From positions 154,100 to 218,099 of the IMG/VR virus record IMGVR_UViG_3300002038_000006: a stretch of 64,000 bases of DNA; one strand, 5' to 3'. The notes under the pieces were generated by a model. It was not told the origin of the DNA. It saw only the letters and a list, made by a program, of their open reading frames with translations, and did no database searches. The position numbers and the translations under genes were made by a program. Origin of the DNA: a virus. This document shows, piece by piece, positions 36,398 to 46,086 of this stretch; within the stretch, counting starts at the first letter, position 1, and each line of letters begins with the position of its first letter.

Positions 36398-38889
36398 TAT
36401 CCAAACTCCACATGCTCGTTGTATCTAATAGGAACTGTGATGTTAGATTTATCGACTACACATGTTTCACACGCACCTAATGAATTCTGTACGGCGTAAG
36501 CATGAGAGATAGTCCATAACTGACTACAGTTGCTACTGTCGATTAGCATCTTTAAGAACCTTGGAAGATTCTCTTTGTGCTCTTCGTCAAAAGATGAACC
36601 TAATTCATCAGTGTATAGCGGGTAGTCTTCCATGCCTAAGTAAGACATAGATACCAGAACGAAAGCGAAGTTGATAATATCTTCCTGACCTGTAGAAGTC
36701 ATTGCGATATCAGCGTTAGGTTCTGTTTCACCATTTACTCTTAATGGGAATTTGTAATCGAGGTTCTCACCTGTACCTTTACAAGGAAGTACTTCCAAGT
36801 CATGTGTCCAGACTTTATCGATAATACCATTAATTGATTCGGTGAACTTGTGCATGAAACCAAGTAACTGTTCTGCAATCAAACCACTTGTAGGTGAAAG
36901 GGAACTAGCTAGTAGCTTCCATAGCTCTGCATCTTTTTCAAGTTTAACAGATTGTTCTTCCAAGTCGTTTAGAATGCTACGTTGACTTTCCTGTTCTTGG
37001 ATAGTCTTAGTAACAGTAGCTAACTTCTGTTGATGAATACCAATGTCTTCTTGGAGACGTAACTCCCTCATTGCTTCCATACGCTCTGTTAACAATGTCT
37101 CGTAATCCGAAAGCATCTTATTGATAACTTCTTCAGCACGAGTAACGAAGTCAGCACGCTTATGACTGGCTTGTAAGAAAGCTCTGGTCTTCTCCAGTTC
37201 TTCCAAAGACTTGATAGATTCATTCAACTTATCAGTTAGGTTTGCTTCACGCATAGCGATTGATTCTAGTCTGCTACTAGCATTACTTGATTCGCCCGCC
37301 TTAATAAGTTTCTTCTCTGCATCTAGTATTGCATCTTGCAAAGACTGAATCTTCTGCATGTTCAACAATTCTAGTTCAGCATCCGAAAGATAATGTAAAA
37401 CGTTTAATGGGTCGTTATAAAGAACTTCATCGGAGATTACTTCTTTCCATACACCACGGAACATCATGAAACCGTTAATGATATTGCGGAAGTCTCTCAT
37501 GTTAGTTTCACACTGTTCGAATCCAATTACCTTTTCTTCGATGTGTTCAAGCTCTTTAGTTTCAGTACCAATGAATTTAACACTGTTGGCTATTTTATCT
37601 TCCAACTCTTTCTGTTCTTTCTCACTGACGCCCGGAATGTAAACATGCTTACAACTAGGACACTCTTCACGCTTGGCTTCTTTAATGTCCTGCACACGTT
37701 GACGCATTCTATCTAGAGTGTTTTCAACTCTAACGAATACTTCACGCCGTTCTTTCAATTGATGTCTGAGAGACTCATATTCAGCTCTTTCGATGTTACC
37801 CTTGAAGTCTATGGCAGTTTTACAATCAATGAACTCAGAGAGCATCCCACGGACTTCTGTGAGTAGTTGAATGTACTCAGCATCAAAGTTCATCCAAGAG
37901 AAACGTTCTTCTTTAGCTTTAAGCTTTTCTAGTTCTCTTTCCGACTCTTCTTTAATACGTGCCCACTTAACAGCATCGATAGATTCAAACTTACGTAAGT
38001 CTTCCAACTCACGTTGTAACTCATCTAGTTCGCCCATGATAGTATCACGGTTAGTTGCTAGACCAGTCTTGTTACCATTTAATTCAGCCAACCTAGATTG
38101 GTAGTCAGATAACGAGTAGATACTTTGCTCACAGATGACTAGAGGTTTGAACCCCATGTACTCATCCATGTGTTTATCTACAAGGTTGTGCATTCTTTCC
38201 GCTTGGTCTTGGAACTGTCTGTCCACCTGAGCGAAGTTCTTAGCCGCTGGATTAGTGTGGCCCATCAATTGGGTTAGCGTTCCAGAAAGTCTGTCCTGAA
38301 TGCCTCTCCATTGTTCCCAGTCCTCATCTTTCCAGACATTAGCAGTTTCATTTACCATGCGCTTATCTAAAAGCTTCTTAGCACCTGCAACATCTCTACC
38401 AGCTGACTGTACACGTTTGAATAAACCAATTGCGTAAGTAAGGTCAAGACCTGAAATCTTAGTTAGTACTTCACGGCGTTGGGTAGGATTCATTCTAGTG
38501 AACTTAGCCTTACCCAACATGATGTCCATAACTTCTTGGTCTAAACCAAAATGAAACTTAAGTAGTTCTTTCTGAACTGCACCAGTCTCACCGTCATTTA
38601 TATTTGCACCATCAACAATAAACTCAAACGTTGAATTCTTCTTGTTGAAGTATTGACGGGTTTCGTAGTTGACTCCATTATGTTCAACCTTACAAATCTT
38701 TTTCCCACCAATCTTAAAATCTTTCCTGTCCGCTACCCAACAGTTAATCTGCTCTTGTAGACTTGACTTCCCAGAACCATTGGTTCCTATAATCAACTGA
38801 ATCAATTCAGATGCAGTTAATCTAATACTGTCGACTTTGTTAATTTTCAATCGACGATACCCTTCAAGGTATATCTCTAATACTTTCAT
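36397..38889 (-). CDS. sbcC: SbcC/Rad50-like SMC ATPase (phiKZ gp165-like)
   Basis: Walker A GTNGSGKS, coiled coils with CPSC zinc hook, signature STGQ, Walker B LYTDE, ISH. Confidence 0.9.
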   Translation of the reverse strand: MKVLEIYLEGYRRLKINKVDSIRLTASELIQLIIGTNGSGKSSLQEQINCWVADRKDFKIGGKKICKVEHNGVNYETRQYFNKKNSTFEFIVDGANINDGETGAVQKELLKFHFGLDQEVMDIMLGKAKFTRMNPTQRREVLTKISGLDLTYAIGLFKRVQSAGRDVAGAKKLLDKRMVNETANVWKDEDWEQWRGIQDRLSGTLTQLMGHTNPAAKNFAQVDRQFQDQAERMHNLVDKHMDEYMGFKPLVICEQSIYSLSDYQSRLAELNGNKTGLATNRDTIMGELDELQRELEDLRKFESIDAVKWARIKEESERELEKLKAKEERFSWMNFDAEYIQLLTEVRGMLSEFIDCKTAIDFKGNIERAEYESLRHQLKERREVFVRVENTLDRMRQRVQDIKEAKREECPSCKHVYIPGVSEKEQKELEDKIANSVKFIGTETKELEHIEEKVIGFEQCETNMRDFRNIINGFMMFRGVWKEVISDEVLYNDPLNVLHYLSDAELELLNMQKIQSLQDAILDAEKKLIKAGESSNASSRLESIAMREANLTDKLNESIKSLEELEKTRAFLQASHKRADFVTRAEEVINKMLSDYETLLTERMEAMRELRLQEDIGIHQQKLATVTKTIQEQESQRSILNDLEEQSVKLEKDAELWKLLASSLSPTSGLIAEQLLGFMHKFTESINGIIDKVWTHDLEVLPCKGTGENLDYKFPLRVNGETEPNADIAMTSTGQEDIINFAFVLVSMSYLGMEDYPLYTDELGSSFDEEHKENLPRFLKMLIDSSNCSQLWTISHAYAVQNSLGACETCVVDKSNITVPIRYNEHVEFG

Positions 38890-38912
38890 TTCTACTAAAC
38901 CCTCAAGGTGTT

Positions 38913-38941
38913 CTATATTAGAAGTCTCCTAAGTATTTTTT
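38913..38941 (-). promoter_or_regulatory. Putative middle-type promoter, AAAAAATAC-N15-TATAG
   Basis: Recurring motif upstream of sbcC. Confidence 0.5.
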
Positions 38942-38971
38942 GACGGCATAAAGGACGGAAAACTCCGTCCT
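38942..38971 (-). terminator. Hairpin followed by TTATGCCGTC
   Basis: AGGACGGA-4nt-TCCGTCCT. Confidence 0.7.
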
Positions 38972-38975
38972 AGAA

Positions 38976-39218
38976 TTATGCAACTTCTAAAGCTAGTTCT
39001 GGTTCATTATCGCCAATGGATTCACATTTGGCTATATTACCTACTAGTCTCTGAATGCGACTCTTGAATGAGCCTGTAGATGTATCAACATCACTGGAAA
39101 CGAATACTTGAACATTGCCTTTGTTGGTCTCGCTGGAAACCTCAGCAAATGTTTGAGCGTCTAACCACGATACTGGAACTACTTCTACCTTACCGGCTTG
39201 ACGTTTAGCTTTTGTCAT
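38976..39218 (-). CDS. Small hypothetical protein (start MTKAKRQ)
   Basis: Overlaps the end of the upstream gene; RBS-like GGAG/AGG present. Confidence 0.55.
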   Translation of the reverse strand: MTKAKRQAGKVEVVPVSWLDAQTFAEVSSETNKGNVQVFVSSDVDTSTGSFKSRIQRLVGNIAKCESIGDNEPELALEVA

Positions 39219-39984
39219 CCGCCTGTTCTCCAATAATAGCACCCGAAGCTTCAGTTCTTGCCTCAGCTAGTTTCTTGCGGTAGAAACCAATAAGACCTAA
39301 GCCCTCAGGTGACGTGTGTCTGATTGAAAAGAGTTTGAATATCAACTCTTCTTCTTTGGTAGACCGTAACTCTTGTTCTGCTTCGTCTAGAGCTAAACGT
39401 TCAGAGTCGGAGTCACGGAATATTAAGAACTCTTCGGTAAACCAGTGAGGCTTCAACCCCATAGCTTTCCAATCTGCCAAATCTTTACTGATAAGGTGAT
39501 TAGAAGTGAAGACTTCTTCTGACGAGATATTTACATGCTCGAACGCACTTCGTCTATGAATCATTCGCTTACAGAGCATTAGCATACGGACTAAGCCTGC
39601 CACCGGCTTCTCTTCGCTTAATTCCGCTAAACGTGCCTGCTCTTTGGCGTAAATTTCTTCACGACCTTTAAGAGGAGTTTCAGATAAAGCTTCTACGCGC
39701 AGAAAGAAGTTAGTTACTTCGTCTGGAGTAAGTGGGGCAGTGATGTCTGGTTCAATACCGTTCATAAATTCGGTAGCGAAAACCCAGCCATTCATAACTT
39801 CGGATGCTGGTTGATTGGCCTTATCAACCCCGATGATTTCTAATTGTCTTAATGCTGCTTTGTAAGCCTGCTCTCGATTGTCATTGTCCGGTATAAGCAA
39901 TGTATCTAAACAGAGTTTAATAAAACGAAGACGCTTAACCAATGTAGCGTCCACAGCTTCGTGGTCATGTGAGCAAGATGCCAT
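39205..39984 (-). CDS. Hypothetical protein
   Basis: AGGA RBS; 259 aa. Confidence 0.7.
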   Translation of the reverse strand: MASCSHDHEAVDATLVKRLRFIKLCLDTLLIPDNDNREQAYKAALRQLEIIGVDKANQPASEVMNGWVFATEFMNGIEPDITAPLTPDEVTNFFLRVEALSETPLKGREEIYAKEQARLAELSEEKPVAGLVRMLMLCKRMIHRRSAFEHVNISSEEVFTSNHLISKDLADWKAMGLKPHWFTEEFLIFRDSDSERLALDEAEQELRSTKEEELIFKLFSIRHTSPEGLGLIGFYRKKLAEARTEASGAIIGEQADDKS

Positions 39985-40027
39985 TTCTTTTTTCCTAAAT
40001 AATTGTGGACGGGTGGTGTGTCCTAGT

Positions 40028-40056
40028 CTATAGTATTACTTAGGCGTGTATTTTTT
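40028..40056 (-). promoter_or_regulatory. Putative middle-type promoter, AAAAAATAC-N15-TATAG
   Basis: Recurring motif. Confidence 0.5.
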
Positions 40057-40465
40057 AAAAGCCTCCGCTCGGTTCTAATTCACAGCCAAGTAGAAGTTGG
40101 CGTAAATCGTCAGGGTGCATCCTGACAAAAGTGTATTCAAGTTTTTGTGGAGCTAGTACTTCAATAGTTTCTACTAATTCTTTCTCCCATAATCCATACA
40201 GCGTTTCAAACGTAGCGTCAAACTCTTCTTCCGGTATGTACATATTGTTCAACCAGATGTCGATATAACCTACATCATCAACGACCCTAATCTTTGGTCT
40301 CATCCCTGTTGGGGAATTGTGACTATTGTTTATACGAATTATGCCTTGACTAACTTTAGCAAACTTGTTATCTCTATCCACTACAGATACCTCATTTATT
40401 TGACTTATTGAGTTATCTCTGGTAAAGGCTCTTTTTATTAAAACTTTCCATAGGCCCTCATCCAA
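40055..40465 (-). CDS. Hypothetical protein (start uncertain)
   Basis: 136-aa ORF; TTG start without an obvious RBS. Confidence 0.5.
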   Translation of the reverse strand: MDEGLWKVLIKRAFTRDNSISQINEVSVVDRDNKFAKVSQGIIRINNSHNSPTGMRPKIRVVDDVGYIDIWLNNMYIPEEEFDATFETLYGLWEKELVETIEVLAPQKLEYTFVRMHPDDLRQLLLGCELEPSGGF

Positions 40466-40469
40466 TAAA

Positions 40470-41020
40470 CATAGAAAACAAAAAATACTTGTGCCCCTCC
40501 TCCTGTAGGGAAGGGAAGGTTTATGTAAAAAAAAATATTAAAGCGAGTTTAACGAGTGTTAATATTTATCTCTATTTCTCTTGTCTCTTGGTCATTAATT
40601 AATCAATCTCGAACGCTATCTTAAGGATAGCTATGTACTCAATATTTTTAGTTAGTATTTTTTACTATATATTATGTCTCACACAAATCAACGAGACAGA
40701 GAGAGTTCCTAAGGTAACTAAGGAATATCGAATCGCCAATGGCTACATTCCTGCTTGGATGCTTCTAACGAGGTGTCTGGGTAGGATAGCTACCACAGAT
40801 TATTTAATCCATTTTGGCGTGGACGGAAAGCAGAAAGACACACCCCAACAAGTAGTGGTGTTATAACTTAAAGAGAGACTCCCTAAGAGTCTCATCTTGA
40901 AATTGTTATAGATTATGTTAGATATATAAGAGGTTATATAAAAATTTTGAAAAATCCCGTTTTTTCTAAAACAAGCCAAAAAAAAAGAGGAGCTGGCGGG
41001 CTCCTCGATTTATGCTGTCT
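40470..41020. other. Large structured non-coding region (candidate ncRNA or replication/packaging cis-element)
   Basis: Largest non-coding gap in the window; several inverted repeats; AT-rich flanks. Confidence 0.4.
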
Positions 41021-41025
41021 AACCG

Positions 41026-41235
41026 TTATCCATTCTTATGTTTATCGGATAGTACCTTACTTGATGATGTACGCATAGTTGTCGACAGATTTCTACGTCT
41101 AACGTATTCAGTCAAGGTTACTTGCTCTTCACGGAAAGAAAACTGATAGTTATTTCTATCCCATCCATCAGGGTCAGTGATAACTACGCCGTCTAACTGT
41201 TCCCATTCAGCACTAGTTTTAGTCTCATTACCCAT
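41026..41235 (-). CDS. Small hypothetical protein
   Basis: TAATG-coupled to the upstream gene. Confidence 0.6.
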   Translation of the reverse strand: MGNETKTSAEWEQLDGVVITDPDGWDRNNYQFSFREEQVTLTEYVRRRNLSTTMRTSSSKVLSDKHKNG

Positions 41236-41915
41236 TACTCACCCAGCCCAGTCTTAAAGAAGTCAGGATTAATGATGTTCATGTGGTCTTCATGGGTTAT
41301 GTGTATCTTCTCGCCATGTAATAGCAATACGATAGACTCTCCCGGTGCAGGCCATTCATCATCAGGTAAATCCTTGTGGGCTTCTCTAAGTTCACGTACC
41401 CCATCAGCAGTCATGTCACAAACACGATGTGTTCCATGTCTCTCCCAGTGTAAGATACTGGCAAGAGGGCGGATAACCTCATCATTGTTCCAAACGCGAA
41501 TAACTTTACGCTCAGGAGTCTTCAGGAGCTTGTTATCTTCACCCATCTGGTTGGTAACAGTTAAGTAATACTGATTACCATGTTCAGAGATGTTATAACT
41601 AAGCTTACAGCTCTCAGCTAACGCACGACTGAATCCCATAATACTACGCACACTACTTTGTAGGAACACACGCCCCTTAAGCTTTTCACGCATTTCTTTT
41701 TCAGTGAATTTACCAAGACCGAGTTTACCTTCAATCTCGATACTAAATCCAATGCCCGGAGTACAGATGTAGTACGAGTTATAATCCTGTTGGACATCAG
41801 GTGTAGGGTTCTGCAACTTAACACTGTATAGAGCGTCTGGTGAGACGCCACCGTGTAAGATGTCTTTGTGACCCGGTATAATTTCTTCTTGCGCATGTGG
41901 TTCAAAATCTGACAT
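41235..41915 (-). CDS. Hypothetical protein
   Basis: AGGAG RBS. Confidence 0.7.
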   Translation of the reverse strand: MSDFEPHAQEEIIPGHKDILHGGVSPDALYSVKLQNPTPDVQQDYNSYYICTPGIGFSIEIEGKLGLGKFTEKEMREKLKGRVFLQSSVRSIMGFSRALAESCKLSYNISEHGNQYYLTVTNQMGEDNKLLKTPERKVIRVWNNDEVIRPLASILHWERHGTHRVCDMTADGVRELREAHKDLPDDEWPAPGESIVLLLHGEKIHITHEDHMNIINPDFFKTGLGE

Positions 41916-42034
41916 TTTATTTCTCCTGTCATAATGTCATTTATTAAAGCTCTCTGGAGTAAGTTCCAGTAGAGTCGTACTTGAGTATATGTCTTAAGGC
42001 GACATAAGGACCTTCGAACTTGACGTTGTCCCCT

Positions 42035-42679
42035 TTAAAGTCTTAAGTTGAGAATGTTGTAAGTTAAGATGTGTTCCAACGTCACACGAGTTCCCCCGAT
42101 AGTAAAGTAAATACCCATGCTATCTTTTTGTGGCTTTATAACCCCGTAATTGGCGTCTAGGACATATCCTTTATAAACGAAGGTGTATGTGTCACCTCTG
42201 TACTTAAAGGAACTACAAGAGCTTCTGAGGTCGCTCTGTGTTAATGTAAAGTCTGGATGAGCTTTACGGATTGCTTCGAACGTACCTTTGTCCTTAGCAC
42301 CGATAGGCATCTCGTCCCATGCTAGCAAATCATTGATTAAATGGTAAGACTTAGTAAGGTCTCTGTTAGCACTCCACTTGTGGATAACTTCACCATAGAA
42401 ACCTTCCCGCTTCACTAACTCACTAACACCCCCACCTGTAATGGTATCGTATTCGTAGTTTAGACTATCAGTTAACAACTTACTGAAACGTAAACAATCA
42501 TTGTCGATGTAAATACAAGGATAACGACCAAGGATAGTGTCAGTGTCATGATAGTCAGTACCTGTGTCCATTGAACAAGAACTTTGTACGTGACCAACAA
42601 TCTTACCACCGTTGCGCTCGATTAGTTTGTAGATGAAAGCACCTATCTTGATGTTGCCTTTAATTTCAACTAACTTCAT
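42035..42679 (-). CDS. Hypothetical protein
   Basis: GAGG RBS; operon packing. Confidence 0.7.
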   Translation of the reverse strand: MKLVEIKGNIKIGAFIYKLIERNGGKIVGHVQSSCSMDTGTDYHDTDTILGRYPCIYIDNDCLRFSKLLTDSLNYEYDTITGGGVSELVKREGFYGEVIHKWSANRDLTKSYHLINDLLAWDEMPIGAKDKGTFEAIRKAHPDFTLTQSDLRSSCSSFKYRGDTYTFVYKGYVLDANYGVIKPQKDSMGIYFTIGGTRVTLEHILTYNILNLRL

Positions 42680-42680
42680 G

Positions 42681-43157
42681 TTAACCTCTCAGTACCGGTA
42701 TGACCATAGGACGGGTTTGTTTAATCAGAAGACAGTAGTTTCTACTACCCCACATATCTTCGACAATTACTTCATCATCGTGACTGCCACCGATTTCATA
42801 ACGACGAGGACGTTCATTGTCAGTACGGAACATCTTGAGTATACTAGACACACCAGTATTCAGAGAGTCTATTCTCATCTGGAACATATGCCATGTACCA
42901 TCTAGCTCTTCCGCAAAGTCCTGTAGTTTATACATTACCTCTTCTACCCCACGGTCATCCATGGAAGATTGGTTAGGGTAGACACCATCCGGACTTGCTT
43001 GAAAGATAGGAAGGAAATCCGATATGTCGGAAAAAATCGTATCTATACCAGCTTTAGTAGTGTCCCCTTCTTTAATGTCTTCACACTTGGTCCAAGGAAT
43101 CGCTCCATTGGGTCTTGTGGACATAGTTAATTTTGTAACTCTTATTCTTGAACTCAT
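42681..43157 (-). CDS. Hypothetical protein (start revised to MSSRIRV)
   Basis: ACAGGA RBS; the ORF-track extension crosses a terminator. Confidence 0.65.
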   Translation of the reverse strand: MSSRIRVTKLTMSTRPNGAIPWTKCEDIKEGDTTKAGIDTIFSDISDFLPIFQASPDGVYPNQSSMDDRGVEEVMYKLQDFAEELDGTWHMFQMRIDSLNTGVSSILKMFRTDNERPRRYEIGGSHDDEVIVEDMWGSRNYCLLIKQTRPMVIPVLRG

Positions 43158-43186
43158 TTTCTTTTTCCTGTTATTAAAAATGATAA

Positions 43187-43218
43187 GACGGCATAAACCG
43201 AGGAGCACTAGGCTCCTC
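43187..43218 (-). terminator. Hairpin followed by TTTATGCCGTC
   Basis: GAGGAGC-5nt-GCTCCTC. Confidence 0.7.
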
Positions 43219-43232
43219 AATCTAAGCAGTGT

Positions 43233-44408
43233 TTAACCTACATCAAATCCATTAAGGATAGACGTCCACTCAGTGTAACTTAACGTTACGTCGCCAAATG
43301 GCGTTGGGACTAAAGTGTCCTCACCTTCTTCCGGCCAATCTATGGTTGGGACATAGTTGACTAGATTAAGTTCTAGCTCTTGACGCTGTTGGGCATCTAG
43401 TTCTGATAATTGCATTTTAGGATACTCCGGGTTAGCTTTATCCATGTGTCTTACTGGACTGAATTTAATCATAGGATACTTCCAATCCATCAACTCAAGG
43501 TCTTTAGCCCTATCCATCAATGTACTTAGTCGTTCCAAAGTTACTTGGTAATATGGCCTACGGAGTTTAAATCCTGTAGCCTTTTGTAGATGCTCGAACT
43601 CAAGTTTATCAAGTGTAGCGTTTTCGTACACCTCACTCCAGATGAAGTTAAGTTTACGATTAATACCGTGACGGATATCCCAGTCTTTGAAGTCTATCTC
43701 ATCACTTAGGATAAGCATAGCACTACAACCACTAAGGTTTCCACATACGATAATACGCCAACCGTGAGGACCTATCTTACTTGCAGGTTCTTTAACCTTA
43801 GCAATACTAAGTTCCCCTTGACGCAAGGTTTCCCTTGGGATAGGTTTAAGTTTACCAAGGTCCTTATCTAAGTCTATCCATGCTTCCATACCAACGGGAC
43901 TGAACATAGTGCGAGATTTGTTAACTGACACTACTATAGATTGTCTATGGCTGTGTTCGTTAGCTGTATATAACCGTATGGCATCTACCTTACGGTCTTC
44001 GATGGGGTCGATTATAAAACCACCATCACTATGTTGGTATTGGGTAACTGACTTACTGAAGCTAGGGGGTTTACGTGAAACCATACCTTCCTGATATTCA
44101 GTAATTGTCAATGGTGTAGTGATATCTACCCAATGGTTAAAGTCAGCTTCCTTACTAATTTCAGATAGCCACTTAGCCCCTAGGTCAAATACTTGGTCGG
44201 TATCAAATACCACATTATCTTTCATCCAGATAATTAAATCCATGTAACGAACAGCAGTAGGTTCATCGGTTAGTTCTGGTGAAAGCTCGAAGCGAATAGC
44301 AAAATCTAATTGGTGTAGCTTACCGAAGACTGAGTCGTTATCCGGCAGGTCTCCTAGTGAAACACGTCGTAGGTTACCACGTGCAATTCTAATAGGTGTG
44401 TTACTCAT
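43233..44408 (-). CDS. Hypothetical protein
   Basis: 391 aa; AAGGA RBS; AT-rich early-type promoter-like sequence upstream. Confidence 0.7.
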   Translation of the reverse strand: MSNTPIRIARGNLRRVSLGDLPDNDSVFGKLHQLDFAIRFELSPELTDEPTAVRYMDLIIWMKDNVVFDTDQVFDLGAKWLSEISKEADFNHWVDITTPLTITEYQEGMVSRKPPSFSKSVTQYQHSDGGFIIDPIEDRKVDAIRLYTANEHSHRQSIVVSVNKSRTMFSPVGMEAWIDLDKDLGKLKPIPRETLRQGELSIAKVKEPASKIGPHGWRIIVCGNLSGCSAMLILSDEIDFKDWDIRHGINRKLNFIWSEVYENATLDKLEFEHLQKATGFKLRRPYYQVTLERLSTLMDRAKDLELMDWKYPMIKFSPVRHMDKANPEYPKMQLSELDAQQRQELELNLVNYVPTIDWPEEGEDTLVPTPFGDVTLSYTEWTSILNGFDVG

Positions 44409-44511
44409 GTTACTTTCCTTTTATTAAGTAAGTTTAGTTTGTACATTGCAATAATATAATATATGTGTCAAAAAAGATGGAGCCGTAGCCCCATCTAATC
44501 TGAGTTAACTA

Positions 44512-45027
44512 CTACTCTGGTTGAGCGTCGTCAAATGCTTTACGAGCATCTGCATCTGATTGTGTCCAGATGTACCAGTTATTGCATTGCATGTCATGAT
44601 GGTTAGGGAACCAACCATTAAATACTTCCAACTCTTCAGTTGTCATATCAAACTGAGTAGCATCGTATTCCATAACCATTGCTGGTGGATACTCTTCTAA
44701 ACTACCATCGGCAACTTCAGCAAGTGGCGGTAATGTTTTCTTAGTAACACCAAGTTCAACACGCATGAAGTAAGTGTTCCAATGCGTACAAGCAACTTTA
44801 TGTCCTTGTAACATCATGTGTAACGCTTCAGGGAAACCCATCTTCGTTACTGGGTTGTTAGCGGCTTCGAATGTATCTTTAGGTGACCATGACTTATAAC
44901 CATCTTCATAAGTTACTTCGTAACCTTCTGCCCCTTCAGCTTGACCGCTCATTGAAGCGTACTGATTAGGAATAGCAACTGCCATTGCAACGGCTTCTAC
45001 CAATTTGATACCAATAAATTGTGACAT
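44512..45027 (-). CDS. Tad2/DUF2829-like anti-defence signal-sponge protein with an extra N-terminal domain
   Basis: MGFPEAL..M.QGHKVA...WN ... W.P...DM...NW matches the Tad2/DUF2829 pattern; N-terminal GYEVTYEDGYKSWSPKDTFE domain. Confidence 0.55.
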   Translation of the reverse strand: MSQFIGIKLVEAVAMAVAIPNQYASMSGQAEGAEGYEVTYEDGYKSWSPKDTFEAANNPVTKMGFPEALHMMLQGHKVACTHWNTYFMRVELGVTKKTLPPLAEVADGSLEEYPPAMVMEYDATQFDMTTEELEVFNGWFPNHHDMQCNNWYIWTQSDADARKAFDDAQPE

Positions 45028-45075
45028 CAGATTGTCCTTTTTATGTGATTAAATAATTTTCCCGAGGAGTACAAA

Positions 45076-46041
45076 ATGTTGACTGGTCTAAAGATGATAA
45101 GTCTAGGCATTGTAGCCGAGCATAAAGAAGTATCGTCTAAACTAGCGTTTGTGCATCCTGCGGAAGCGTTAACTGAAATAGATGGGGAACTAAGAGCTAT
45201 TCCCATCACACTATATGCCGCAGGAGTAGATGGTGAGAACCGTGAATACCAAGTAAATATTCAAGCCACTACTTCCCTTGAGTGTGAATGGTTGTCGCTA
45301 AGCGAACATCGTCAAACTGCTCCAGATATAAGAAGGGGCGAACAAGTAATTATTTGGGCGGTCGATGGCTGCACTGATGAGAAGTATTATTGGAGTACAT
45401 TGGGTCGAGATTCTAATCTAAGAAGACTAGAGAGTGTCTTGTGGGCCTTCAGTAATGTATCTGACCCTGAGGAAGATGTAGAGTCTTTGAACTATGAAAA
45501 TTCATACACAGTTGAAGTATCTACCCACTCTAAACAGATTACTATCCGTACTAACAAATACGATGGCGAACCATTTGCCTATGTTATACAACTAAATACT
45601 AAAGACGGTAACTATACCGTTCAAGATGATGTTGGTAACTACGTACAATTGGATTCTGCTGAAACTACCATTGACCTTACCAATAAGGACAAGACTCACT
45701 TCAGGCTCAACAAGAAAGATATATTTGGATATGCTCCAGACAGTATCTACTTGGAAGCTGTAGAGAAGATGCGGTTTAAATGTAAAGACTATATCTTGGA
45801 AGCGAGTAATAGCATCACTACCACAACTAAGACAGTGGAACATACCGCTAAGACAGTGCTCTATAAAGCAGACAGCATGAAGATAGATGTTCCTGTTACG
45901 GAATGTACTGGTTTATTTAAATGTAAATCACTTGATGCTGGAGCAGGTGGAATGACCGCCGACTCTGGGGGACTCAAAGCCAAGGCGGCAGCGTTGGATG
46001 CGGCACCTACCGCACCTGGCGGTTCATGGCACTTCCCATAA
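45076..46041 (+). CDS. Baseplate central spike (phiKZ gp164-like)
   Basis: OB-fold-like N-terminus (APDIRRGEQVIIW) followed by beta-helix-like repeats. Confidence 0.65.
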   Translation: MLTGLKMISLGIVAEHKEVSSKLAFVHPAEALTEIDGELRAIPITLYAAGVDGENREYQVNIQATTSLECEWLSLSEHRQTAPDIRRGEQVIIWAVDGCTDEKYYWSTLGRDSNLRRLESVLWAFSNVSDPEEDVESLNYENSYTVEVSTHSKQITIRTNKYDGEPFAYVIQLNTKDGNYTVQDDVGNYVQLDSAETTIDLTNKDKTHFRLNKKDIFGYAPDSIYLEAVEKMRFKCKDYILEASNSITTTTKTVEHTAKTVLYKADSMKIDVPVTECTGLFKCKSLDAGAGGMTADSGGLKAKAAALDAAPTAPGGSWHFP

Positions 46042-46043
46042 CC

Positions 46044-46086
46044 AAAAAAAAAATAGGAGGGCACTAAGCCCTCCGTTTTTGACGTC
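46044..46086. terminator. Bidirectional terminator
   Basis: GGAGGGC-ACTAA-GCCCTCC with A and T tracts. Confidence 0.8.

Noticed and set aside
40740-40840. Possible hammerhead or other small ribozyme (also considered at 59120-59150)
   Set aside because: The conserved CUGANGA/GAAA core is not matched in the right helical context.
40633-40866. 77-aa plus-strand ORF in the non-coding island
   Set aside because: No RBS, atypical composition, opposite to all neighbours and coincident with dense secondary structure; not excluded, but unsupported.
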